Source: Fimbriosthenelais zetlandica (Eukaryota). From it: a DNA stretch of 64,000 nucleotides. Positions 41,549 through 52,656 of the stretch are shown here, one piece after another. The stretch spans positions 22,072,001 through 22,136,000 of the forward strand of contig OZ365114.1 of the NCBI GenBank assembly GCA_977030845.1, read 5' to 3'. Position numbers and translations under genes: made by a program. Under the pieces are notes generated by a model. That model searched no databases. It saw only the letters and a program-made list of their open reading frames with translations, and was not told the origin of the DNA. The first letter of the stretch is position 1. Each line of letters begins with the position of its first letter.

Positions 41549-44366
41549 AGCACGTCTCAGACAACCTCTAGCAACTTCTCTCTAGCTACCCATACTTAAG
41601 CACAGCAACAGCTCCGTCAATTACTCCTACAGAGCATCTGAATGGAAGCACGTCCTATGTACCATTGTCCCCACAATCATTCTTTTCCTGGGTGAGAAAC
41701 CTTTGTTGATGAGACCAAGGCACACAACAAAGCTGCTAATGACATTCATGTTGGTGGGATAGAGATAAATCAAAGGCATGATTTATAGGTCAAAATATTA
41801 GCTGTGCTGAGCAAAAGTATTAATGGAAATGCCTAAATAGTTCTACCTTACAGTATGTCTCTCCATTTCTGTGTTTAACTGCTTCGATACAAGGACAATA
41901 AGAGCTTAAAAATCTCACAAGTATACATTGTGTTGCTCTTCAGATGCCTTTTATTACATTCACTTATGTATCAAGGCCATCTTTTGTAATAGGATCCTTT
42001 TATACAAATTGATTCACCGATTCTGGTCACCCTGGTTGATGTGGGAGCTTATATAGCAATTGGTTAGGCACCTCCAACACAAATATAGGACATTCATCAC
42101 AGAGATAGGAATCAGAATACATAATATAAAGGCCCAATCAGCATTCTACATCTATTGTATGTATATTATTGACTTTGTGGAAAAATAGCCAGGGATTCAC
42201 AGCCTGCCAACAAAGCATAAGATCAGGACAAAGTCAATTTTGGCACGATCCATTGGCAGAGTGCAGCCCTCTTGCTGCAGCTTTTCCAATTGGAAATAGT
42301 TAAGTTAATCTGATTTCTAACAGGGATTCAACTGCATATATGAAGCAAAAAGTGCATGTTTGCCTTTCTTTAAAGGACTTAAATGTATAGATGTTTTATA
42401 TGAAAATCGTTTAAATCTATTTCAGGGATAAAGGCTAATGTAGGGCATCTTCTATATGAAGCAGGCACGGGAACTATATCCACGAATGGACTACAATGAT
42501 CAAACATTACAAAGCCCGTACATTTACACAAGTTATTGGATATGAGCGCGTGTTTCCTGCGACGACCTTATTGATCTCCATGCTTCCCAAACATGATCTG
42601 GTAATAATCACATGCAAAATGCAACTGTCCTCTCAAATGACATGTGTCAGTGAATGCAGTCCAATCAGGCGAGTAAATGGTAATGATATGCCCTGGCATG
42701 CCTATTGAATACGCCCTATATTCACTCTATGGTATTCACTCATTCTGCATCCCAGTCGTGCAGTGTACCATGTACTGTGTTGCCATGCTTATCACGCTTT
42801 TGCGCAGGCTAATATCACTGCTTTTAATCGCAAAATGTTTCATCCAGGCCAAGCCTAAGTGGCCCATGTGATGGGCAACCCCAATATTGAATATGGAATT
42901 CAATGGTGGGATTCGACTGTCAAATTACTTCAATCAGCCATGCTATTATGGTACAGTGGTACTGATGTCATGCACTGTGAACTTTATTGAACACAATGGA
43001 TACAGATCGTAATTGAAATTGAAGGTTGTGACAATGCCTTCTACCTTTTCTGATTACCATTTTTGACATTTCAATGAAACTCAGACCCTATTTTCACAAA
43101 CAGAACTGTGTGAAGATATATAATGAACCTATAAGGGATTTGACTGCATGGTCACATATCATGACTGTTGTATTTTCAGGTGATATCTACGTCTTTCTAT
43201 GCCCCAGATTGTCTGAAGATTTGCCTGTAGCAATTTCGTGCCAAGTTACTTCATCCTAGTCCAAATGTATTCCAAATTATTTCCATCCCACCAAAACATC
43301 AGAAAGTATAGGACAGGCTTCAGACTTCCATTGTTATATTGGGAGTGTGTTCATCTTAAATTCCATTCACTGCCACTCATATTCCCATTGGGAACAACAG
43401 AAGTCGATCTTATCAATCATGTCCACAGACTGTAAGCCTTTCAAAATCCTTTTAGGTGGGGAACCTACCCACAGGGCCTTCATGGACTGGAAATAGTCCC
43501 AATTCTGATGTTGAAAACTATATATCATAACACGTAAACCAAATTCTACATCCTACATTTTCCTCGGTGTTGATGTGGGATTTTTGTCACAAATCATTAA
43601 AATAAAGCTTTAAATGAATTAACTAAAGTGTCTAATTACACATTGCATTGACAAACTGATTATCAGAATGTAGAAAGGCCTAAATATGCCTCCTAAATGA
43701 AGGCTTTCTACATAAACCTTTTATATAACATTGATAGTAGGTAGGTGAAATTAATTCAAGCTGCAGGCATTGTAGAAGTGCCTGTCCCCTTCCATCTTCT
43801 CAGACTTGCAAATATAAACGACGTCTCCTGCCGAGTTGGAAAGAGTAATGATTGTTTTTATAAAGTAAACAGAACAAAGCGGGAGGCCATCTATTGATTG
43901 TAGATTATGGGCTTACAACTACTTCTCTCAGCATCAGTAGAAGCTTCATAAGTACTGGCTGAACATACAAGCCTTTCACCCGGAGAGCACAATTAATGAT
44001 CATTAGTGTGGCGCCATGGATTTGTCATCATTACAAGTTTTTCGCCCTCCTCCTAGACACGCCACAGTCCAATCTATTTACTCTGTTATCTGTCTTTCTC
44101 ACACCTCGAGAATCATTCCAAGCATAAATCTGCTTTCCCCATCTGCCATTTTATGTCATGGGTGGCCACAGTTTAGGCTGAATTAAGAAAGAGTAATTTC
44201 TTCCTGTGACAGGAACAAGCATCCTGCCATCTAAAAGTGCCCTCCTACCATCCAATGTCCGGGAGAATGAACGGCTTTTTGTACATGTATGCTAATATAA
44301 TCGGTGAAGTGACCCCAGGTGAGTCCTTCCTGTGAATGTCTTCACCCCAAGGCTTCTTTTGCTTAA

Positions 44367-44723
44367 AGCGTGTGATCCACTTACGATCCGACGGTTCCGA
44401 TTCCTTCCGATTTTTCATTTTGACGTAAGGCCCCGTAAGGCATCGGAAGGCCGCGTAAGACGTCGGAATGCCGCGTAAGGCATCGGAAGGCCGCGCAAGA
44501 CGCTTCCGATTGGTTCCGATCTCTTACGCGTTCTAAGACAGTTACGCTCGGAAGCCATCGGAAGCCATCGGAAGCCCTCGGAAGGCGTCGTAACAAACGT
44601 AGTGCATAATCCACTAACGATGTCTTGCGTCCTCCCCGATTCTGTCATTTTCCCCATCGTAAGAGCGCTTAAGAGATCGCAAGGGCAAATCGGAACCATC
44701 GGATCGTAAGTGGATCACACGCT
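44367..44723. mobile_element. 357-bp MITE with ~35-bp TIRs and internal short repeats, probably PIF/Harbinger-like
   Basis: TIR agcgtgtgatccacttacgatccga(c)ggttccgatt / aatcggaacc(a)tcggatcgtaagtggatcacacgct; flanks TAA and TTA; internal repeats gcatcggaaggccgcg(t/c)aag and ggaagccatc. Confidence 0.8.
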
Positions 44724-47189
44724 TTAGTGTGTACACGAGTGTCCTACTCTCTAAATATATCTAGCTGGATTACTTTATAGGTGTCTATAAGTCACTATAC
44801 TCCCATTCAATCACATGGAGGTATTATAGGAATAGATCCATAGCCTATCCTTTTCCTGGACACATCAAAATTAATGTGTGTAGTGAGCCTGAGTTGGCAA
44901 CTGAACAGCGTCAGTGTCCAGACCAGAAATCAAACCGTGATCTCATCCTGGGAGAGTGCCCTAAAAGACCTAACCTACACTGAGAGAACAAGCCAGGAAT
45001 ATGACGAAAAGTGAATTCAGCTAAAAAAAAAAAAAAAAAGAAGTAATTTTATAACTGCCTACATAGCCAGATACCTAGCATGACAGACTATGTATAGGGT
45101 AAGTATATCCAGGATCTGTGGTGTTAATGTTCTGACCTCGGACGACTAACGCGGAGGTCGACCAGAGGTGACATTATTTTGCCGGCCTTGTTTAATGGGC
45201 CAGAGTCAGGTAATTCCAGCATTAGACATAGATGGACATTAGCAGGTGATGAGGGTCCACCATATTCAGTTTATATTCTGCATGGCGAGTATTTGCAGTT
45301 TGGACTTAACATTTCATATACAAGAGTTCTTCCTAAGCCACCTTGAGTATTTAAATTTAAAGTAGTACATTGTTAGTTACCTTGTGTGACACAGCTGAAA
45401 CGTGGCCCATACAAGTCAAGAATAGAAAGTGAGCCAGATCGCTCAAATTTAGGATGAATGTCCTGTACCTATTAGACTAACTTGCATGGTAGATACAAAA
45501 CTTCCTGTGTGGAATTGATTCAATAGGAAAGGTGCATTAACAAATCAACTTGGATCTCTATAAAGGTCATAGAGTAATTACTTACAACCGAGTCGAGCTT
45601 AATGGAAAAAGTACACAATAGCAGATGATGGAACATAAAAAAAGCATACTTTCCTATAGGTATCAGGTGCGGTAAGAAAGTGAAAGGGAATGGCACCCGG
45701 TTTTCCTGGGAGGGCTAAAGGGCCCTGGGTCACATGCAAAACTGATCCCTTTTAAAATTCACATTCGACAAATGTATGCTGCATAAATAGAAACATATTA
45801 AATAACAAATGTAACTTAATAATTTGAACCTTCGCACTCGGGTAGCATGGGAATTATATTGAATTAGCTGGGAGGTAGGCCTACTTATCTAAATATTCAT
45901 AGTCAGTTCTATATAGCTCATATTCTGTCTCCCAATAGCCAGGTTTACCCAGACAAGCAGAAGCAATCCAGCCAGCAGCAGATTATCCCAGACCCCGACC
46001 TCATATCACTGCCAGCTTAAAGTAAACGATTACATAAGGAAGTCATGGCAGGCAGCCCCGTATTACTTACCATAGGCCAAACTGTATTGACATGCTGGCA
46101 GGATGGTGAGCCAACAGGCTGTTAGCTTCAGCACAATCTCCCCCAGCTTCAACATCCTTCCAGCAATGTATCTAATTCGAATCAATAACACCAAATGTTA
46201 TTTGGAAACCAACGATCTATTCCCAGTCACACGTGAGCTATTCCCTCCTTTCCTCCTCCTCTGCTGAAATGTCAGATCAAGTTTCACAGACCCACAGTGG
46301 TTTCAGCTAGATACCTTCACTTCCCCTCCTTTATCATGACTGCTCCAACAGTTGTTTACTGATTGACAGAGTTAATATTTCAGCACATCCCAAAAATCCA
46401 ATAATGCGCTCGGTTCTTTCTCTCAAAGATACTTTCCTTCCTTCGAATTAAAGAATCTCTTCCCATTGACTATTGCAGAATTTACAACCGAGGGTGATGG
46501 GCATATCAGAGCATGGTAGATTTGATTAGATAAAAGTTCAGGATAATGCTATATGGTAATGAGTCCTCCTGTAACTCCTGTTTCTCACCAATACACAGAT
46601 TGGGAATTAAAGTTCAAAGTTAAAGCAATGGTACGCTAATATTGCCCGTGACCAGTCCAGGAGACAATAATGGGGTCTCATTACCTGCTCATACTGTCTA
46701 GGTGTGTCACATAGGTATAACCAGAGGCTGATATCAAATCTTATCTGGCACATCTACCTCCTCTCCCTTTAAGCTCCACGAGTCAATTAAAGACGTAATG
46801 ACACAGCCCCCTATATCCCACACTATTCTGTCACTTTGGGGCTGTTCCTTGGCAGAGGGAAGGGGTGCTGCTCGAGGTTGTTGAATGGGATCTGCTCGCC
46901 TTGTTCCAGGGTAGAAAGGCAATAGCAAGAGGAGCTCCTGAGCAGCAGGATTCAACCTACTATCCTCCTCTACTGCATGCCCTGGTTGGCTCTACAGGCC
47001 ATGCCAACCACTTCACGGCTCTCTGGCGCCACCACCTGGCATTTCAAGACAATGCAGAAGATGGTGGACTGAACGAAATCACTCTGTGATTTCTTCACCC
47101 GGGGGATCTGTGAGCCAAAGTTTCGACTTACTTTTAAAAGTGAGACAGCTTGGTTTCACATTATGTGGCCTTTTGTCAGACGTCATTGA

Positions 47190-47440
47190 TTTGTTTTTTT
47201 TTCAATATTTAGTGAGATGTTATTAACCTGGCACCAAGAGTCTATATGCTGTTTAGGCCTTATTGCATTGCAGTATAATTGTCTCAGAATTATTACAGCC
47301 ATAGAGTATAGAGTATCTGCAAACATTTGTATTTTGTTATGACTAACACTTAGCACTTGTGTAAGGCCATCAATGAATTGTGAAAAGGACAGGGCCTAGA
47401 ACTGTACCCTGTGGTACACCGCAATATAAGTTATCAGTTG
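47190..47440 (-). mobile_element. Degenerate non-LTR retrotransposon (CR1/L2-like LINE) reverse transcriptase fragment
   Basis: Minus strand reads STDNLYCGVPQGTVLGPVLF, then after a frameshift FIDGLTQVLSVSHNKIQMFADT...IDSWCQVNNISLNIEK: LINE RT motifs GVPQGSVLGP, FADD and W...N.L.LN..K in correct order and spacing. Confidence 0.8.
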
Positions 47441-47634
47441 AAAGTGACCCCCCTACAGATGTTATGAAGGTCCACTAGTTCAATGCTAGTTGACATTGTT
47501 GACAGTATTGTGTATTAGAGCCTACTTTGCAACAGCTTTAATTTTCGTCGGTAATTTCATTTGCATCGTGTTTTATATCCAAAGAGACCAACAATGACTC
47601 CATTACTCTCAGCTCATTTTTGTTCATCTAGAGG

Positions 47635-48084
47635 ATGTTAAAGAGAATGAGAGGCGTTCGTTCCCTGTCAGTGAGAAATGTCATCCTCCTGCTTCTTGGT
47701 ATTCTCATTCTATTCTACATCATCTCCAAATTTCATGTATCACAAACATCACAATATCCAGTCTACCCTTATATTAGGTACGCTGGCATGAAAACAGGTG
47801 ATCACAAGGACAGCAGTATTCCTAGAATCATACATCAAACATGGAAGTCAAGTGAGTATTGACTTTAAATTAGGTATACAGTCAACCTAATAAACTTATA
47901 AATAAAGTCTGTACATGTGTGTTATGATGTAGCAGTTCTAATTCTTGCCAGAGAAGAAACCCAACTGGGAATACTGGTTCTGGACAGACGAGGATATAGA
48001 GAGGCTTGTATCGCAACGCTTCCCTCATCTCCTCTCCCTCTTCAATGATTACTCAACCCATGGCCACAGGGTAGATGCCTTCAG
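47635..48084 (+). pseudogene. GT32 glycosyltransferase copy A, truncated (exon 1 47635-47851; 5'-deleted exon 2 47952-48084; no exons 3-4)
   Basis: Exon 1 near-identical to copy C (MLKRMRG...IPRIIHQTWKS, donor gtgagt); 78 bp present in copy C (51159-51236) are missing, removing the normal acceptor and the first 15 codons of exon 2; homology stops shortly after the exon-2 donor. Confidence 0.8.
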
Positions 48085-48573
48085 GTAATATTGATATTTT
48101 GATAAACCTAAACAAGAAATTTGGCTGATGCCAATGAAAAAAGGCTTCCCCACATAGGGCCTAAAAATGGTAGTCCCTACCATATGAATTAATTAAATGT
48201 TCTCAGGTCGATCTCAAAATCATATAATTTATGTTAGATCAAAATTATGATATAAATTGATCTAAACTTATTCACAAATAATTATTTATAACGTGAGAGG
48301 ACACTTTGATCTCTAAATAATATTGTGAGAATGATATCAAATAGATCGACCTCAAAACTACAGCCCAAGCCTGTCAACCACAATTACTCAGTTAGATAAG
48401 CGCACTGATGTTTTTTTGTGGGAGGGGCTGCCTAATGAAAAGTGTAGGCCTACTGATTAAAATGGCTGTAGCTAGGTAGGACATGGCTGTAGCTAGGTAG
48501 GACATGCCCGCAGGAGTTCCCGTTATTACCCAATATTCTTCTTTGTGTGTGACCTTGATGATTATTTTGAGGA

Positions 48574-50282
48574 ATGGAAGTTGTTCATTACTTGTCAGGG
48601 AGGACTGTCATCCTCCTACTTTTTGGTATTCTCATTCTATTCTACATCATTCCCAACTTTCATGTACCACAGGCATCATACTGTCCAGTTTATCCATATA
48701 TTAGGTACGCTGGCATGAAAACACGTGATAACAACAATGACAACAGTATTCCTAGAATCATTCATCAGACATGGAAGTCAAGTGAGTATCTAACCATTTC
48801 CTTATATTAATCGACATCTGACTCACAAATGCTATTACATCTTTACCATGTCCCCTGAAAAGACTGGAGAATTTCTGTGAACTCAATCCCACAGGAAGTA
48901 CGGGGGTATAATGTTTTAATATAATACGCACAAATACCGATGGTGTATCATAAATAGTTGTTGAAATTTTAGCTCTTGTTTGTGGATCATCGTCGATATT
49001 AAATATTTGTGCTGGTTTATTTAAATAAATGTGGACAATTGTCAGTTGTCAGACCGAAAGGGAATCGCCCACAGATGTTATGAGGATAGAATACACTTGT
49101 TCATTGCTAGTTGACAGACCTACTTTGTAACAGCTTTAATTTTCGTCAGAAATATAATTTTATCTGCATTGTGTTTCATGTCCAAAGATAAGGTGCCTGT
49201 ATTATTTGAGAAATGGGTGAGGTCATGGTTGGAGAAGAATCCCAACTGGGAATACTGGTTCTGGACAGACGAGGATATAGAGAGGCTTGTATCTCAACGC
49301 TTCCCTCATCTCCTCTCCCTCTTCAATGGTTACCCAACCCATGGCCACAGGGTAGATGCCTTCAGGTAATATCTACTTGATATTTTAATATCGAACATCA
49401 GATTCATCTACTTTACTTCTAGGGACATTGTTATTCTATAGCTTGCGGCTTTGGTCTTTTACAGATATATAGTGCTATATGACCATGGTGGTCTCTATGC
49501 TGATATTGATATGGAATGCCTCAAAGACCTGGAACCCATAGTTAGCGCTCATGACTGTCTCCTGAGCCAGGAACCAGAAGAACACGGCCACTTCCTATCA
49601 CCAGTTGGAGTGCCTTTGGTCTCTAATGCCCTCATGGCATGTCGACCAAGGCATCCCTTCTTCAGGAAGGTTGTGGATGGCCTGCAAAGTTATGCTGGTT
49701 GGTTAACTTGGACCGAAATACTGCATGCAACAGGTAATTCATTCAAACTTAGACAAGTAGTCAGTTGAAGCTACCATTCTAATTAAAATGGCTATTTAAC
49801 CTTCATAACAGCAGGATCCAATTGATTTCTCAAGACTATAGATGTTTCATATATACTAAAATCATAATTTTGATTTAATTTGTTTCACAGGTCCTTACAT
49901 GCTGACAGAAATGTACCGGCACTACAACCGAAAGGGGTTTTTGTTGGGAGCTGTAGCGGATAAGGCACCTGTATTTCTAGCACCTTCTGTGGCTTTTCAG
50001 CCACTCCTTGACATGAGTGTACTTGATGAGATCAGACAGCTTTGCATTTACGGCGGTGGACACATCTCTCGTTCCTCAAATTATCAAGAGACACAGAAAA
50101 GACTGTGTGATCATTTAAATACTGTGAGCATTTATAGCCAGCCACCAGCTGAATCATACACCGTGCACCGTTTCACACACACCTATGCTGGGAGACAGGA
50201 TGACCCATGGGATGTGTACCTCTCAAAACTCATTTCAATGTGGAAAATATTGGACAACGGAGGAAACAGATTCTGTACCTAA
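48574..50282 (+). CDS. GT32 (SUR1/CSH1/OCH1-type, DxD sugar-binding) glycosyltransferase copy B, type II membrane protein, ~348 aa
   Basis: Exons 48574-48781, 49188-49365, 49465-49733, 49891-50282, all GT-AG and phase-consistent (1047 nt). N-terminal TM (VILLLFGILILFYII), IPRIIHQTWK, WTDEDI, D..RY.VLYDHGGLYADIDMECL (DxD), ATGPYMLT motifs. Confidence 0.9.
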
Positions 50283-50850
50283 ATGACATCAGAAAACGTT
50301 AATGAGTGCTGCAGGATAGCAAATGTTATTAAGTTATTGAGAATGTGATTGTGGGAAGCAAATGGACTAATGAAGGCAAATTGTTATTTGAAGTGTATTT
50401 TGAATTTTCACTTGAATGGAATTAATTCAAATACAATGAATATCCACATCAAACTACTCTTGTCAATAAATGCCACTGGCCCCTTCCGCATTAAAATCAA
50501 ATATATATATATTTTTCTCAATTAATCTTCTGTCTTGGACTCAATGCCATCTGAAGTTGATGTCATGTTGCCAGATTTTCGGCCTGTCAAACTTACACCC
50601 AGAGCAGAATGGTATCTATTATCAAAGTGTATAATCACAGGTGTGGGACATCTCAATGGTAAATAGGTCAATAGTAGTTTGACCCATATACAGGTAAACT
50701 AGAGCACAACAACACATTGAGAAGGTAGGATAGGACAATGTTATACCTTGAATACATACTGTCTTACCGCACATGATACAATTCGCCTATCCATCCAAAA
50801 AGAAGTATAATGACTCCTTTACTCTCAGCTCATTTCTGGTCATCTAGAGG

Positions 50851-52270
50851 ATGTTAAAGAGAATGAGAGGCGTTCGTTCCCTGTCAGTGAGAAATGTCAT
50901 CCTCCTGCTTCTTGGTATTCTTATTCTCTTCTACATCATCTCGAAACTCCATGTATCACAAACATCACAATATCCAGTCTACCCTTATATTAGGTACGCT
51001 GGCATGAAAACAGGTGATCACAAGGACAACAGTATTCCTAGAATCATACATCAAACATGGAAGTCAAGTGAGTATTGACTTTAGGTATACAGTCAACCTA
51101 ATAAACTTATAAAATCACTGTATGTGTGTTATGATGTAGCAGTTCTAATTCTCACCAGACATTTCATCTGCATTGTATTTTATGTCCAAAGATAAGGTGC
51201 CTGTATTATTTGAGAAATGGGTGAGGTCATGGTTGGAGAAGAATCCCGACTGGGAATACTGGTTCTGGACAGACGAGGATATAGAGAGACTTGTATCTCA
51301 ACGCTTCCCTCATCTCCTCTCCCTCTTCAATGGTTACCCAACCCATGGCCACAGGGTAGATGCCTTCAGGTAATATCTACTTGATATTTTAATATCGAAC
51401 ATCAGATTCATATACTTTACTTGTACGAACATTCTCATTCTATAGATGCGGCTTTGGTCTTTTACAGATATATGGTGCTATATGACCATGGTGGTCTCTA
51501 TGCTGATATTGACATGGAATGCCTCAAAGACCTGGAACCCATAGTTAGCGCTCATGACTGTCTCCTGAGCCAGGAACCAGAAGAACACGGCCACTTCCTA
51601 TCACCAGTTGGAGTGCCTTTGGTCTCTAATGCCCTCATGGCATGTCGGCCAAGGCATCCCTTCTTCAGGCAGGTTGTGGATGGCCTGCAAAGTTATGCTG
51701 GTTGGTTAACTTGGACCGAAATACTGCATGCAACAGGTAATTCATTCATACAAGTATTCAGGAATATAAGTAGGATCCAACCAATATTTAAGCCTGTATG
51801 TATATTATATATATGTTACAAACTGAAATCAACATTTCAATGTAACTTGTTTCACAGGTCCTTACATGCTGACAGAAATGTACCGGGGCTACAACCGAAA
51901 GGGGTTTTTGTTGGGAGCTGCAGCGGATGAGGCACCTGTATTTCTAGCACCTTCTGTGGCTTTTCAGCCACTCCTTGATACAAGCATGCTAGATCATATC
52001 AGACAGATGTGCCTCCACAGTGCTGGACATAGCTTCCTCTCCTCAAATTTTCTAGAGACACAGAAAAGACTGTGTGATAATTTAAATACTGTCAGTATAT
52101 TGAGCCGGCCACCAGCGGAGGCATACACCGTGCACCATTTCACACACACCTGGGCTGGGAGGAAGTATGACCCATGGGGTGTGTACAATTCAAAAATAGA
52201 TTTCAATGTGGAAAGTGTTGTGCAACGGAGAAAACCTGATGTGTCCCTAAATGACATTAGAAAACTTTAA
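50851..52270 (+). CDS. GT32 (SUR1/CSH1/OCH1-type) glycosyltransferase copy C, type II membrane protein, ~358 aa
   Basis: Exons 50851-51067, 51192-51369, 51468-51736, 51858-52270, all GT-AG and phase-consistent (1077 nt); same motifs as copy B. Confidence 0.92.
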
Positions 52271-52656
52271 AAAGTTGGAATGTTGAGGAACACATGCAAG
52301 AAGAAACAAAGGGGGTGCATGGCTGTGATGGGTTTTTTTTGCAAATGTCGCCAATTGCCTCTTTGTCGCTCTTGATTCTTATGACCCTGTTGCCCAATAA
52401 AAGTCTGTCATATTCGTTTATATGGCGTGAGAATTGTGTCGACTGTTACCCAGATATATACATCCCCCTGATACTGATGCCAGCATCTCATGAACTAGTC
52501 AGGGAAACATTAACTTTTTTATTTGAAGTGACATCATCAAGTGAAAGTAATCCAGTAATTCAACCTCTCCCAACTACAAGTACCACAGGTTCTTGCTTGT
52601 TTCATTAAAATAATCAATAACCAGATAATCGTCAGTCTTGGGATTAGCATGCACAT

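Noticed and set aside
44381-44699. Track ORFs with repeated peptides, and regularly spaced ~20-bp repeats suggestive of CRISPR
   Set aside because: They lie inside the TIR-bounded MITE; there are no unique spacers or cas genes, and the context is eukaryotic.
3060-47450. Search for terminal inverted or direct repeats bounding the 43-kb tract
   Set aside because: No matching termini seen by eye at either end, so no element boundary is claimed.
48340-48380. DRPQNYSPSLS, similar to the LINE motif NYRPISL
   Set aside because: Isolated weak match with no flanking RT similarity.
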